Notes: generated from the sequence alone by a model not told the origin. Shown: positions 1-13,465, counted from the first letter of the stretch. The stretch: DNA of 64,000 nucleotides from the human T2T-CHM13v2.0 reference genome, Homo sapiens (GCF_009914755.1 NC_060931.1), one strand, 5' to 3'. A program made the numbers and translations.

Positions 1-859
1 TCTTTCACATCTGGTGGCACTTTTTAAAAAATCAGTGTGCAAAAAGGAGAAAAATCTCTCTGCTTCCTCTTTATGCCACTCACTACAGTCCAGCCTATGC
101 CAGGCTTAAAGAAAAGGCTTTTGTATTGGCAAAGACACTCCAAAATGGTTTCCAAGTGCATTAAAAGTCAAGGAGAGTTTTGCAGAAAAATTTAAGATTA
201 AAAAAAATCCGAGTGGTTACAAGTTAAGAAACCATTTTTAAAATTAAGCAATGACTACCAAAAACATGCTGGCTAAGTACGTATGTAATGTTAGCATCCC
301 AGTGCCACTAGTGCAAGGCAGACTCCCATGAGCCATTTAAACATAAAAGTTAAGAAGGTAGAATTTTAGAAGTTTTAATGATTATTTGAAATCTCAAGGG
401 ATTATTATACAAGATATGGTGATGGTTATAAATATATGGACTGACACACACTTATCACTAAATAAATGTTTTACATGAACAAATGAGTAAACAAGTAAAC
501 CACATTGCTTGGAATAAGTAGTGTTTGTTAGAGCTTTGAGCCCTGGGAGCGAGGGACTCAAGAAATAGGGAGACTTAATCAGAAAGAAAGGACTATGAAG
601 TGATATCAGAGTAAATGCTAAAACTAGGCATAGTGTGAAGTTGGACCCCAAAGGGTAAAGACGGTTGTTGGAAAATGAAGATAGCCTTTTCTGTGGAAGA
701 TCAGGCAAGTAACCACCCCAGTTTGGAGTTATCATGAAATCAGACTTGAGGACATGTGGATTTACACCTGGTGAATTGACCAAAAAAGAGCTTGTTAATG
801 TGCTCAGAGAGTTGAGAATTAAAGTGTGAGTGGTTCTGAACTGAGTATTGTTTGCAATT

Positions 860-1090
860 ATTTATGAAGAAAGTGACAGAAAATCTAGCTTATCCTGGCT
901 TAAATGAAAAAGGGCATCTGTTGACACATATAACCAAACAGTCCATGGGTTGGACTCACTTTGGGCATATCTTGATTTAAGGTTCCAAAGATGGCCCAGG
1001 ATCTTATTCTTTGTGTGAAAGCCTCATCTTAGACCAGCCGCCCTTTTCTGGTGGCAAGATGGCTACAGCAGCTCCAAGCCCCTTACTCTG
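860..1090 (-). mobile_element. Old MaLR LTR fragment (MLT1J/K-like)
   Basis: aagtgacagaaaatctagct...ggcttaaatgaaaaaggg and gcaagatggctacagcagctccaagc resemble MLT1 consensus blocks. Confidence 0.55.
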
Positions 1091-1129
1091 TTCTTTCATG
1101 AATGTGCTGGTCACTATTGTCTCCCACAT

Positions 1130-1320
1130 CATGGGTTGCTTTTTACTAGATGTCTCTTGTTAAAAAGTTTTTAATTTTAGCGTTAAGTTTCTCAATCTGT
1201 TTCCCGTTTGGTTAGCACTTTCTGCTGTGCAAGTAATCTTTGCCTCCCCCATGATCAAGAAAATATTCCCTTACGTAATCTGCTAGACACTTATACTGTT
1301 TTACCAATCATATGTAGAGT
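1130..1320 (-). mobile_element. Ancient L1M fragment
   Basis: aaagtttttaattttag...aatctttgcctcccccatgatcaagaaaatattc resembles antisense L1 ORF2. Confidence 0.55.
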
Positions 1321-2149
1321 TACAGTCTGCTCAGAATTCCTTAAAGTCTGGGTGATTCTACTGGGCAGCCAGGGTTGAAGACCTCAGGCTTTGATGTTGC
1401 TGAGTTTTCCTGGGAGTCTTTGGCACTGCTACAGTGTGTGGTACCTGCTTGCCTGAGAGGGAAGTACCAGTTTGACAGAATAGCTACACATTGATCTGTT
1501 TTGTGGTAAACTAATATGCTCCTTCTTTGTTTTAAATGAATGGGATTTTGCCTTTCTTTGAGACATGAGTTACTACTTTTATTAACAGATGAATGATGTA
1601 AATGTGTTAGTTGTTAGTAAAAGGAGAAAAATCCAGAGAGAGTATCCATTCATAAGCAACTATCAATTATATTATGTATTCAAGGTGTCATCTTGGATTC
1701 TGAGATGTTGAGACTCTTCAACTTCAAGACTCCCTGATCCTTTATTTTCACATTTTTTTACACTATGAGGTATCCAAGATGTGAGAAAATAAAATTATTC
1801 CAGATGGCTTTCCTTTTCTCATTTTTTAGAATGTTTCCGTCTAATCCTCTCTCTCAAAAGAAACATTCCCCTTGGAATTGCTTCTGTTATTATTTGTATT
1901 CATTTTTAAACCTTGACAACCATGTGAACGTAGTACAGGTGTTTTTTTTAAGAGAGTGATCTATAAAGTAAAGTTCTTTGTGCTGTGTTGCAGAAGGAGA
2001 AATACTTAAGCTACCAAAGTAAAGCTACTTTAATCTAATTAAACATGCTTTGGAGCCAGATGTAAATGAGGTAACTTTTTTGAAGAGTTAGTTTACAGAT
2101 ATTTGGTCATTCTCATTTTAGATAAACAGAAAGCCATGTTGATTATTAT

Positions 2150-2345
2150 CTGGATCTGGCTAGACTCCTGTTCAACCACTTGCTAGCTGTGGGGACTTGA
2201 CAATTTCTTTAGCTTCTCTGAAATGAACATGGTAGCAATTCCCACGTTTAGGGATGTTGTGTGGATTAAGTAGAGAATGCAGAGAATGCAGAAAAAGCTC
2301 AAAGCTTTCAATGCCTGGTACGTAATATATGCCCACTAAGTCTTA
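2150..2345 (+). mobile_element. MIR
   Basis: ccacttgctagctgtggggacttgacaatttcttt...gttgtgtggattaag...tgcctggtacgtaa. Confidence 0.7.
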
Positions 2346-2574
2346 GTTATGCTGTTGGTTCCACTCCCGCCACCATTCCAGAGGCCGCAGCAGGGTTCTG
2401 TGTTGTGTTGTGTTTGATCCTATCTTCTTATGGTTTGTCTAGAGTGGAAGTTTTGGGGTAGGGGTCACTCATAAAACAGAAATGCAAAAGTAGAGGGAGG
2501 AATCTGGGATGTGGTTTATTTAAGATTTTTAAAATGTGCTTGCTTGTTTGGGTTTTTTTAAAATTATTTTTAAA

Positions 2575-2712
2575 TTATTATTATTATTTTTAATTAGAGA
2601 CAGGGTTCTCCCTATGTTGACCAGGCTGGTCTTGAACTCCTGGGCTCAAGCAGTCGTTCTGCCAAGCCTCCCAGTGTGCTATGGTTACGGGCATGAGCCA
2701 CCGCGTTTGGCC
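2575..2712 (-). mobile_element. FLAM / free left Alu monomer
   Basis: gagacagggttctccctatgttgaccaggctggtcttgaactcctgggctcaagc...gagccaccgcgtttggcc; single monomer only. Confidence 0.85.
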
Positions 2713-2919
2713 TTGGCTGGATTTTTGGTTTGTTTTTCTTACCTTATTTTGAGAACTAGAGTCGTCTTTGCTTTCCCTTTTTCTCACGTAGCCTATCCCA
2801 GTGGTCTTGAATCATTCCCTATGTAGACTGCCTAATCTTTATTTCCCTCTGTTTATGCTGAATTTTTATAGCGAAGATCTTAAGAAAGTGTAAAAGCTGT
2901 TTTTACCCATCTTTTTATC

Positions 2920-3410
2920 TTTAAATTTTTTTATATAATAATTAAGCTTTATAAAAGTTATAAAGTATAATACAACCAACATCCACATACCTACCATCCA
3001 GCTTTAGAAAGAAAACATAGTGGGTGGATACTGTGGAAGCTGCCTCTGTGCACCTTCAGCCTCCATTGAATAAGCCATTCATTCCCATGCCATTTTCTTA
3101 TACTTTTACCATATATGGTGTGTAGTTCCAACCTATTTAAAGTACCGTTTTACTTATTTAAACATTTTATATAAGTCTTGTCATTTTCTTTGTATTCTGC
3201 AATTTACCTTCTTATTCAATGTTGCATTTTTCAGATTTATACATGTTGATGTTTGTAGCTCTAGTTCATTAATTTTGACTCCTGCGTAATGTTTCTTTGT
3301 ATGAAGGTACCACAGTTTATCCTTTCTCCGAGTGGTGGGCATTTGTGGACACTCTCTCTCTCCCCACCCTGTTAGAGACAATACTGCCACACAAGTTTTT
3401 GTACATATCT
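2920..3410 (-). mobile_element. L1ME-type 3' fragment
   Basis: ttcagatttatacatgttgatg...gtaccacagtttatcc...ggtgggcatttg antisense L1 3' motifs. Confidence 0.6.
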
Positions 3411-4129
3411 TGCTTCACGGATCTTTGTAGCTTTGGTTTTGTTGTGTTTGTTTTTATACAGAAAATGAGTTCTTTGGGGACTAGTCAAATTCTGTGGGCC
3501 TCAGATTTTTCATCATAAGATTGAACTAGATCTTTTCTAGCTCAAAATTGCACTTCTTACATGGTTATTTAAACTGGATAGCTTGAATTACTGGCTTTTG
3601 TTGTTTGTGTTACCTCACAGGCCCATTAGTATATCTCTTCAGTAGATTATGCCGGATATGGATTTTACTCTGACATGAGAAACTTCCATTTGCAACATTT
3701 TTGAGGACAAAAGTGTATGTAGTGTTAGAAACTATCATTAAGCAGGACACAGGACACTAAACCTTCCTTCTCCCCAAGTTTGTTTATCTTTCCTGGACTC
3801 TACAGGAATTACAACTGCTATTAATTTAGAATAAACATATAAATAATATATTTTAAAGTATGTTGTCTACATGTGCTGGGTCACCTTCATCCGGCATCAG
3901 CCTGGACAGAGGACTCAGGCCCTCTACTTGATTCCATAAGAGTCCGGTTACATCGAGCATTTTGCGCCCTCTTTAAACTTGACTGAGAATTTACAAGGCC
4001 ACGGGGCTTACAGCATTCTATTTTTCTTTTTGCCTTTCTCTCTTTTTTGCTTCGTACATAAATGAAAATCTAATGTAAAATTGTAAATGGGAAAAGTACT
4101 ATCATGAAGAAAAAAGTACCAGGGAACCT

Positions 4130-4350
4130 GAAACGAGATTAAAACTGACTGAAAGGATCTAGGAAGGAGTCTTGGAGGAAGGGAAATTTAAGCTGGTCCT
4201 TTAGGGATGAAGACCTTAAAGGTGTATGACAATTAGACATGCTTGTAGGGAAGAAGGAGGAATGGAGATGCTTTCCAGGCAGAGGAAAGATATACGAGGG
4301 GAAAAAGTATAAGACCATGACATATTCAGGGAACAGTAAGAGAAGTGGCT
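4130..4350 (-). mobile_element. L2 fragment
   Basis: ggaggaagggaaatttaagctg...tttccaggcagaggaaag purine-rich antisense L2 pattern. Confidence 0.55.
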
Positions 4351-4861
4351 CAGACTTTCTGGGAGACAGTCTGCCATATTATCCCCCTTCTTCCCTAACT
4401 TAGGCAGTGTTAAAACATGGCTGCATATTCTTTGACACTCTCCCATTGAAAAGTTGTGTCGACGCCCCCTCCTCTTGAATCTAGACGAGCTGATGACTGC
4501 CTCAGTCAATAGAATATGGCCAAAGAGACCCTGGCTTACAAGGGTCAGTTGCAAAAGGCCATGTGACTTCTGCTTTGTTTTCTGGAACACTTGCTCTTGG
4601 AGCCCGGAGCCACCATTTAAGAAGTCCAACCAGCTTGAGGCCATCATGCTGTAGAGGCATGTGTATAGATGATCTGGTTGACGTTCCCAGCTGAACCCAA
4701 CTTTCTAGCCATTCTACCAAATGTGAGTGAAGTTGTCCTTCAACTGTTTTCTGACTACCAGTACCCTAGAGCAACCTCTAACATCACTACACAGAACAGA
4801 AGAAATGCTCAAGCTCTGCCCGAATTTTTGACTCACAGAGCTGTGAGATATAATACAAATA

Positions 4862-4911
4862 ACCATCCTGGCTAACACGGTGAAACCCTGTCTCTACTAA
4901 AAATACAAAAA
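4862..4911 (+). mobile_element. 50-bp internal fragment of a young Alu (AluY-type), ending at the A-rich linker
   Basis: accatcctggctaacacggtgaaaccctgtctctactaaaaatacaaaaa. Confidence 0.85.
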
Positions 4912-4918
4912 AATACAA

Positions 4919-4953
<35 letters not shown>
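4919..4953. repeat. (AAT)n microsatellite
   Basis: Direct read. Confidence 0.95.
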
Positions 4954-4954
<1 letters not shown>

Positions 4955-5109
4955 TGTCTTGAGTTATAAGTAGTTTATTATACACCAATAGATAACTGGA
5001 ATACCAACCAAAGCCAAAGTGAGGGGATTTTTCTTTAGATGCTTGCTGAAGACAATATTAAGTCATCCAAAAACCTCTCCCCAGAATATACTACTGAATG
5101 TAATTTAGC

Positions 5110-5520
5110 ACTTATGGCAGGAAGACTGAGTTTGGATAGCATTCAAGGCAGAGGAAATGACATGAACAAAGATAGCAAGGCAGGGAAGGACAGGACATAT
5201 GTAAGGTAGAGAGTAATTAGGTTCAGCTAGGAGTAGGGCACCTCCTGGGCACAGTGAAAGAATAGACTAAAAGAGAAGGTTAAGGACATGCTATGAAGGG
5301 CCTTGAATGTGAGATTGAAAAAAATAACAGTACCACTGAAGATTTTTTGAAAAGTTTTACTAGCAAAACAGCACTTTTGGGAATTTTTTCAAATGCTTGT
5401 GGGATGGACTGAAGTATGGAGAAATTAGGGGATCATTTTGGAAGCTATTGCAAGATACTATGTGAATCAGATCTGTGGTAGCTGCAGCCAGAATGAAGGC
5501 TGGAAAATAGATAGGAAATA
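5110..5520 (-). mobile_element. L2 fragment
   Basis: gcattcaaggcagaggaaatgacatgaacaaag...gaagggccttgaatg...ggaagctattgca. Confidence 0.6.
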
Positions 5521-5582
5521 CTGTGGGCAGGACCACCACTGACCTGCTTAGTGCAGTTTGTGAATTATGAAAAGGTCACCCC

Positions 5583-5890
5583 AGCTGGGCACGGTGGCTG
5601 ACGCCTGTAATCCTAGTACTTTGGGAGGCCAAGGTGGGCAGATTGCTTGAGCCCAGGAATTCAAGTTCAGCTCAGACAACACGGTAAAACCCTGTCTCTA
5701 CAAAATATACAAAAAATTAGCCAATATGGTGGTATGTGCCTGTGGTCCCAGCTACTCGGGAGGCTGATTTAGGAGACTCACCAGAGTCCAGGAGGTCAAG
5801 GATACAGTGAGCTGTGATCGTGTCACTGTACTCCATCCTGGGTGATAAAAGTGAGACCTAACTAAAAAAAAAAAAAAAAAAAAAAAAAAA
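5583..5890 (+). mobile_element. AluJ, full length
   Basis: Dimeric Alu with J-type gattgcttgagcccagg and a long poly(A) tail. Confidence 0.95.
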
Positions 5891-5965
5891 GTACCACTTC
5901 CTTAAGACATTTTACTTCCATCTGTTAGAAAATTGTTGTAATATGTTTATTAGAATAAGACACTT

Positions 5966-5984
5966 GACTGCCATCTGCTGGAAA
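5966..5984 (-). promoter_or_regulatory. Candidate CTCF site
   Basis: Reverse strand TTTCCAGCAGATGGCAGTC closely fits the CTCF core CCASYAGRKGGCRS; occupancy is unknown. Confidence 0.45.
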
Positions 5985-7746
5985 ATTATTAAAGATATGT
6001 CTTTGGTTTCAATGCTCCTCTCCTTTTCACATCCTTGTGCAGTACACAAATTTTGTGGGTGCGAGTAATAGGACTTGGTAACGGATCACATTTCTTATTA
6101 AAAGGAAAAGGAAGAAATCTCAAGTTTGGATGGTAGGGAGGTTAGTAGTGACATTAATAGAACTAGAACTTATTATTGGGGAATAGATTTATAAGGCAGA
6201 ATCATTCTTTACATGGAAAGACACTCATTTTATTATTTATTGATCCCAATTGTTTGCATTTACTTAGTAAGAATTTTGATACCTTTTCTTCTAGAATCTC
6301 AGCTCTCCCCCCTTGTGACATCTGAGAATGTTGACCAGTTCCTCTTTTGTATTCCATACACCCCTCTCTTCTGTATCTTTTCTTTCTATTCTGAACGTTG
6401 CTTCTTATCCATCTCCTTTGCAGGCCCTTTTCCCTCAGTTTCCATTCTTGTGCTTTTTTATACAGTGGGCGCTCAATAAATGTTTGTTTAATTGAATTGC
6501 ATTGCTTTTGAAAGATCAGTTGCAGGTTTTTCAGGAGACTGATTCATAGGCAGTTAGGGACTAAGGGTGTGCCAGAATTCAGAAAGTAGAAACCTATCCT
6601 AAATACAGTTCCTTGTTTCGGGATGTATTTTTTACACAGTAGGTCACTCTTCCTTGGGGAATATCTGTACTGTTGATCCGTTCATCATTGTTCAGCAGTG
6701 GCAACACCAGGAGAACAAATTATTTACATTGGCTGTGTCATATGGGTGTGTCTAATTCGGAGAACTTTCAAACAAAATAATGAAGCTTCCCCAGCTTCTA
6801 ACTTGGGAAGTATGAAAAGTTACTTAAAAAAAAATCTTGACTCTTGTTTAAGTACATCAGTGACTGATTAAGTCACAACACATTTTAATATTTTCATTCG
6901 AGGTTTCTTGCTAACATTCTTACCACCACTACCACTAACCCCACCCCATGTGTGTAAGTTACTTTTCCTTTCATTTTTCGTGGGTCTTGTGTGTTAAGGC
7001 AAAGTCAAGAACTTTGCTCTTCTGATAACTTAACATTGATTGTGTGACTGCTTTGTGCAAATTGCTATGGGATGCCTCATGGAAATTACAAAGGTTTCGT
7101 TTGCTTCTGCCCTTCAAGAGAGACTTGCTTAGTGGGAGAAGTAGATGCATATGCAACTGCTCCAGGGCAGGCGATGACAAGGATCATAATATAGTGCAGA
7201 CAGAGACAGGATTCCCTGTCTTAGAGTGATGTAAACATCACTCGAAGACTGAGTCACATATATGGACTTGCCATATTTCTTTCCTAAATTGCACACTTAA
7301 CTCTTCACTTTCCTGGGCTGGATTAGAATTTGTTTTCGTCGAAGGCTTCATGAGTTGAAAGCACATTACATATATGTAAGATTTAATGGATTTAATTTAA
7401 AATGCATTGAATAACATTAATTTTAGCAGGTTTGATTGTTTTAAATGCTTTTAAGCCGGCACTCTTAAACGAAAATAGAGAATATCAGAGTGATATTAAA
7501 TAAACAATGATATAAAACAGGAGTTTTATGTTTATGGAAACCTAGTATTTAGGAAATAAATATCCTGAAATTCTCTAGCCAAATTATATTTTTAAATGTT
7601 TTGAGCATAGGATACAAGTTATAAACAGCCTAGTAGGGAAAAATGTATATTACTGTCATAAACATAGGTAGTATTTAAAATATTAAATATGGATAATTGA
7701 TATTTAATTGAAGTGCTTTTTATTTAATTAAAGCCAATGACATTTT

Positions 7747-8025
7747 AAAATTATTTCTTTATTAATTTTTCTTCAATTAAATTTTAGCCTGTATTTTAGA
7801 TACAAGGGGTGCATGCGCAAGTTTGTTATATGGGACTATTGCATAATGCTAAGGTTTGGGGTATGGATCCCATCACCTGGGTAGTGACCCTAGTACTCAA
7901 TAAGTGGTTCTTCAGCCCACATTCTCCTCCCTCCTCCACCCCCAGTAGACCACAGTGTCTGTCATTCCTGTGTTTATGTCCATGTGTGCTCAATGTTTAG
8001 CTCTCATTTATAAATGAGAACATGC
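7747..8025 (-). mobile_element. 5'-truncated L1PA15/16-like 3' end
   Basis: L1 3' UTR sequence flanked by a perfect 17-bp TSD aaagccaatgacatttt (7730-7746, 8026-8042). Confidence 0.9.
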
Positions 8026-8109
8026 AAAGCCAATGACATTTTTACAGTCATTGGAGTAACAAAGACGTTTGAATTTTAAAAATTTAAATATATTTAAGAT
8101 TGAAATTTA

Positions 8110-8245
8110 GGCCCGGCGTGGTGGCTTACGCCTGTAATCCCAGCACTTTGGGAGGCTGAGGCTGGCAGATCACCTGAGGTCAGGAGTTTGAGACCAGCCT
8201 GACCAACATGGAGAAACCCCATCTCTACTAAAACTGCAAAATTAG
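8110..8245 (+). mobile_element. AluSp-type left monomer only
   Basis: Diagnostic gaccaacatggagaaacccc; homology stops at the linker. Confidence 0.9.
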
Positions 8246-8379
8246 TTACAAAAATAGTAGAGTGATTTATGTAATAAGTAAACAGTTCAGGTTTACTTGA
8301 CTTAATAGCATAATGATTTACAGCTTTTACTTAAATTCATTCTGAGATGAAATAATACAGCCTCTAGGAAGATACATTA

Positions 8380-8830
8380 TCTGGTTTTCCTTTGCATTTT
8401 CATTAAAAATCTAAAATTGGAAATGAAGTATGTCAACTAGTTTTAGAAATGATAGTAAATTGGGAAGCATCTCAAATAGCAGTAGAAAAGAAGATACCAA
8501 AAAGGTTTAGAAATATCACAGGAAATAGTGAGATTCAGCCTAAGAAAATGCAAGCTAATACATGTAAGAGCAAATAATCTGAAATAGATATTTAATGAGA
8601 GACAATGCTTAGTAGTAGTGAAAGGGAGTCAGGTGCTATCAGACAGCAAAGCAGATATGAGGTTGCGGTGTGATACGGCAGTCACAGAGCTGTTGCCATC
8701 TGGGGGGTCATCTTGCAAGCTCATTACAATAAAGCAGGGAAGCAGAAATCTCTTACAAATGTCAGTGTTAAGACCACATTTGTCTTATATCAACTTAAGA
8801 ATGTCCAGACCCATAGCTATCAATATATTG
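8380..8830 (+). mobile_element. Probable CR1/L3 LINE fragment
   Basis: gatatgaggttgcggtgtgatacggcag...gccatctgggg...agaccacatttg resembles the degenerate L3 ORF2 consensus. Confidence 0.4.
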
Positions 8831-10079
8831 AGTGCTGAAAGAATAGAAGCTGCAGTTCTTAGAATAGGGGAGAATTTAATGTAATAAAAATAATTTTAAA
8901 AAATAAAATATCTTTGCTTCGGTTAAGTAGTAAGGCAATATGAAGTTATACAGTGGATATAAGCAACTTGTTGGAAGACAAATTTGTTTAGATGAAGCTG
9001 AGACTGTGGAAGGTGAGAGTAGTGTGAACTTGTTCATAGGCAGTTCTCAATACCTAGGCCAATTATGCAGATAGTGAAATAACATCTTAAGGCAGTGATG
9101 GGAGCTGGATCACTTGAGGTAAGTTTGGACTGTATGAGGAACTCCATTAGGTAACAGTGCCGGAATTGATTGGAAGCAGTGTGTTTTAACAATGAGGTCA
9201 TATTTTTAATGTTGTCTATACTGGTCCAATTACTCTGCCCCTTGTTTACAATATGTGATTCAGTGCATATACTCAAGAACCATTCTTATGTCTTGGCAAG
9301 GTACCCTGCCCTTTCTCTAAGCACCCTTTTTGATCTTGGCTTCTAGAATTTCTTTGACTGCTTTACTTCTGATCTCCAAAACTGGCCTGCTGTTTCTTTT
9401 GAAGCACTTCCTTCCCTGTATGTACCTGCTGTATCTTAGCTCTGATCATGTTTGTACTTCAGCTGTCACTGCCTACTACTGGTGACACCTCTGCTCTGCT
9501 CTATTCTTAATATCATTCTTTTTTTTTTTTTAAAGGACATAGAAAATCAGGTATTGTCTTGTTGTCTTTAAGTGTTGACACACTTAAATTCTTGAAGTCC
9601 TGTTTTTAGTCTTCCCTTCCCAAATCTGACAAATATATAGCTTTCTACTTATGTCAGTGAGGACAACATCTCACTGATCAAAAATCTCAAGTTCCTTCAC
9701 TCATATCTTGCCTCTCATCAGTTTACTCTATGTATCTGTCTCTTCTGTGTCTGTCCTTTTTCTTCCAGTAGCCAAATTTTTAACCTCGCCTTGAGATCTT
9801 TCTTTCAAAATACTCCTTTGGCTTCGAGTGCAGTACTCCAGTGCTTAAAAACAATAATATTTAATCAATCATACCATAGCTTCAGAAACCATTGATGACT
9901 TGTAAAAAGTTCTAATTCTGATTAAATTTTGATTTTTGGCTACTCTTATTTAAAATTTTATGAAAAGTAAATTTATCATATTAAACAAATTTAATAATTT
10001 TGGTAGCTTAATATTACAATTCTAAAATTTGCTTTTTAAAATTGAAACTGTTTAGGTCATTGACTTTGTATACTTTTAC

Positions 10080-10300
10080 TGACCCATTAGTCATTTCTTG
10101 AGTTTTGTCTCTGTGTCAGGGATTGAGGTAGGCCTGCCCTGAGGGTTATGAATGAGGTGTGGTCTTTGGCCTTAAGAAGCTCACATTCTTGTTATGAGCA
10201 ATACTTTTGTTGACTGAGAAATCATTAATATGTTCAGTCAATATTTATTGAGCTTCAAACTCTCTGTTAGGCACTGGGGATACAGTATGCTAAGCAAGAG
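10080..10300 (-). mobile_element. L2 3'-end fragments
   Basis: caatatttattgagc...aggcactggggatacag. Confidence 0.6.
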
Positions 10301-11319
10301 GGGAAACTGGGATTCCTACAGGCTTGTTTAGTAAGCATATATCTATCTGGTTTTATAAATAGAATGTTCTACTCAAAATTTTGGAAATAATTTTTTCCCT
10401 CTATTTAGTATCTGAGTTTTTTTTGAATACTTATTAATTTCTTAGTCAACAAAGTAGTCCTTGTATATATAACAAATGGTAGAACAGTTCTCCTCAGTTA
10501 CATATCGTTGTAATAGTGGAATAAGAATTGTAATCAGAATTAGCCTTCTGGTCATTTGTTTGGGATGGATCTTCTGTTAGAATCCAGATATGGCAGATAG
10601 AACCGAAATGTAGCAGTTTCCTTCTTTTAATGTTAACAGTGATTGTGCTAACACATAAGATTATAATAGAGCAGCCTTGTCAATAGCAGCAAAATTTACT
10701 TGTCTGTTTTTCTCCCAGAGTACATGTGTAGTTAATCAATTTTTAAAAATATATTTTACTACAAGTTATTGCTTATTCCAGGCATGCCCAATGACATGCC
10801 ATTTATTACTTCTTTTTGCAGATCCACAGTTTATATTAGGAAATAAAACTTTTACTGTTTAAAATTGAAGTTCATCTGATTAATAAACTGATATTGCCTC
10901 AGGTTTCAAACTCCGTAGTGAATAAAATAGGTCCTCGTGTAGTTTAGAAATAGTATACCAGCTGCAAGTCCAGAAAATACTTGCTGTTACTCACATAATA
11001 AAAGAACTCCCAAAGCCTTATAATTTATATATTCATAACTGCTTCTTGTTGAATTTCTTCTTCTCAATCATACAGGTGCTGCTTTGGTTTAAAACTTACA
11101 GCCCTCTTTAGGCAATCTACAGTTTCTCCAAAGTGTTTAATTTTTTTCCTTCTTATATTGTGAGCTGGTTAATGTTGAAGATAGCACTTCATTTAAAGTT
11201 CAAACCTGTGATTGTTTTAAAAACTTACCTAGTATTCATTTTTTCATTTAAATATATATGTAATTTCCTACAAATGTGTACTTGTTTATCTAAGATTTGG
11301 ACAATTCATTTTAAACCAT

Positions 11320-11445
11320 ATTATTCATTTATTTTGAAATATTAAGATCCTGCCATGTTCCAGGCACAGATCCAGATACTGACTGCACATTGGTGAACTC
11401 AGCAAAAATCCTTGCCTTTATGGAAACTTACTGTCTGGTGGAATT
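11320..11445 (-). mobile_element. L2 3'-end fragment
   Basis: cctgccatgttccaggcacag...ccttgcctttatggaaacttactgtctggtgg. Confidence 0.55.
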
Positions 11446-11622
11446 TATATTTTGGTGGATTCTATAGGCATTCTTGCCTATTCTGCTTTCATAAATCCTC
11501 TAGACAGGTATAATATAAGCAACAGTTTCAAGTTCTGTCTTTTAAGGTCCTTTCACCCAAGAAAAAGATGGCATGAGTGTATTGCTTCAGAGATGATCAT
11601 TACTGTTTATTGTGAATAGTGA

Positions 11623-11959
<337 letters not shown>

Positions 11960-12189
11960 AGAAATTAAGCTCTTAAACAAAAGTAGGATTAAACAATGTG
12001 CGTTGCTAAGCATGTTTATTTTAGGTTTCAATTCCAGAGTAATAGTAGCTGGAAAGCAGCATTTTTACACAATTTAATAAAAGGATAAATATTTTTTCAC
12101 GAGATCATCAGTAGTTTAATATGGATTTTGTAGTAAAGTGCCAGCTCTGGATCATAATAGCAACAATAACCGTTACCACTCACAACAGT

Positions 12190-12410
12190 AACAGTTAGGG
12201 GCCAGGTACTGGTTTGAAGAGCCTTGTTTATATTTATGAGTTTAAGCCTCAAAATAATTCTTTGAGGTAGATACCATTATTATAACTCTGTATTACATAT
12301 AAAGAAGCTGAGCCTAAGCAACTTGCCCGAGGTTACAAAGCTAGTGAGAGGCAAGGCTGAGATGAGATCCCAAGCAAGCTGGCTCTTCACCTCTGTGTTC
12401 TACTGCCTTA
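12190..12410 (-). mobile_element. MIR
   Basis: tgaggtagataccattattat...gaagctgag...aacttgcccgaggttacaaagctagt. Confidence 0.7.
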
Positions 12411-13159
12411 TATCCTTAAATACTGTATATGCTTTCTTGCTTCTTCATTCTAGGAATTAGCTGTCTTTCAGATATGTAAATATTAATTTGTGTAGCACAT
12501 GTCATACTCTGAATGTGAACATGAACATACTGGTTTTTCTATTATGACTTTTTTTTCTTATTCATGACTTTCCTATCTTAGAAAGGCTTCTTTTTAAAAT
12601 TTCTAGCCCATAGGAACCTGGAAATTTATTTGTTTGGGTTCTTGTGTTTGCTTACTTTTTAATTAATTAATATTATGATTTGTTTTTATATGCCCAATAC
12701 CCTGGCAGATTTATCAAATTTAAAATGAAAATTTAGTCAAACTCATTGCCTAAAAATTTTATTTTTCTGTACCTCTGGAAAAAAATGGAAACAGAAAAGC
12801 AGCCTTCATTCTTCCCATAAAAAGAGAACAAGCATAATTTTGCCAAATGTGTGTTTTGAGAGGGATTTCCTCATTTCTTAACTGCAGTCTAACAGAAGGT
12901 TATTTGGGCTTACTTGTCCCACTTCAGACTTCTTACTGGAGCAAGTATTTCTGCCGTTCTGAACTCCACACACTGTTCTCTTACATGTCTAGGCTGTTTG
13001 CTTCCTCGGACCATGTTCCTGGATCACTTTCTTCTTCTGCCTATGCATTTCTGCTCATCCTCCGAGATTAAACTGCCATCAGCTTCTCTGAGGAGGCCTG
13101 AAAACTCCTCCTGCTCTGGAGGAATTGCTGCCTTCAATGTCGTGCTTCATTTTATTTGC

Positions 13160-13465
13160 TCATGTGTTTATCAATTAAACTCCTTGAAGACAAGTGTTAT
13201 TTTTTTTCCTCCTACTTGTTTCACTGCTGAATCCTCAGCACTGAAAGTAGTGCCTGGTATATATTAGATATTTCGTATTTGTTGAATAAATAAATAAATG
13301 AATGCATAGTATATTATCGCACTTTACTATATTATATGTAATAATTTTGTACTTTCTCTTCTTCCCCAGACAGTAAGCGTCTTATGTTATTCATCTTTGT
13401 ATGTTTTCCAGTGTCTATAACATATTAATTAAGTCAGTAGCTGTTTGCTGAATTAATGAGTGAGC
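13160..13465 (+). mobile_element. L2 3' ends
   Basis: agtagtgcctggtata...tatttgttgaataaataaataaatgaatg. Confidence 0.65.

Larger units (their letters stand above)
4400..5002 (+). mobile_element. MLT1G/H-like MaLR solo LTR, interrupted at 4862-4953
   Basis: ttctttgacactctcccattg...cttgaatct...caatagaatatggc...gccaccatttaagaagtcc...caatagataactggaata. Confidence 0.75.

Noticed and set aside
4216-4647. Longest ORF (143 aa)
   Set aside because: It spans an L2/MLT1 junction and is a chance open frame.
8693-8710. CTCF-like tgccatctgggggg
   Set aside because: Mismatch in the core, and it lies in a probable CR1/L3 remnant.
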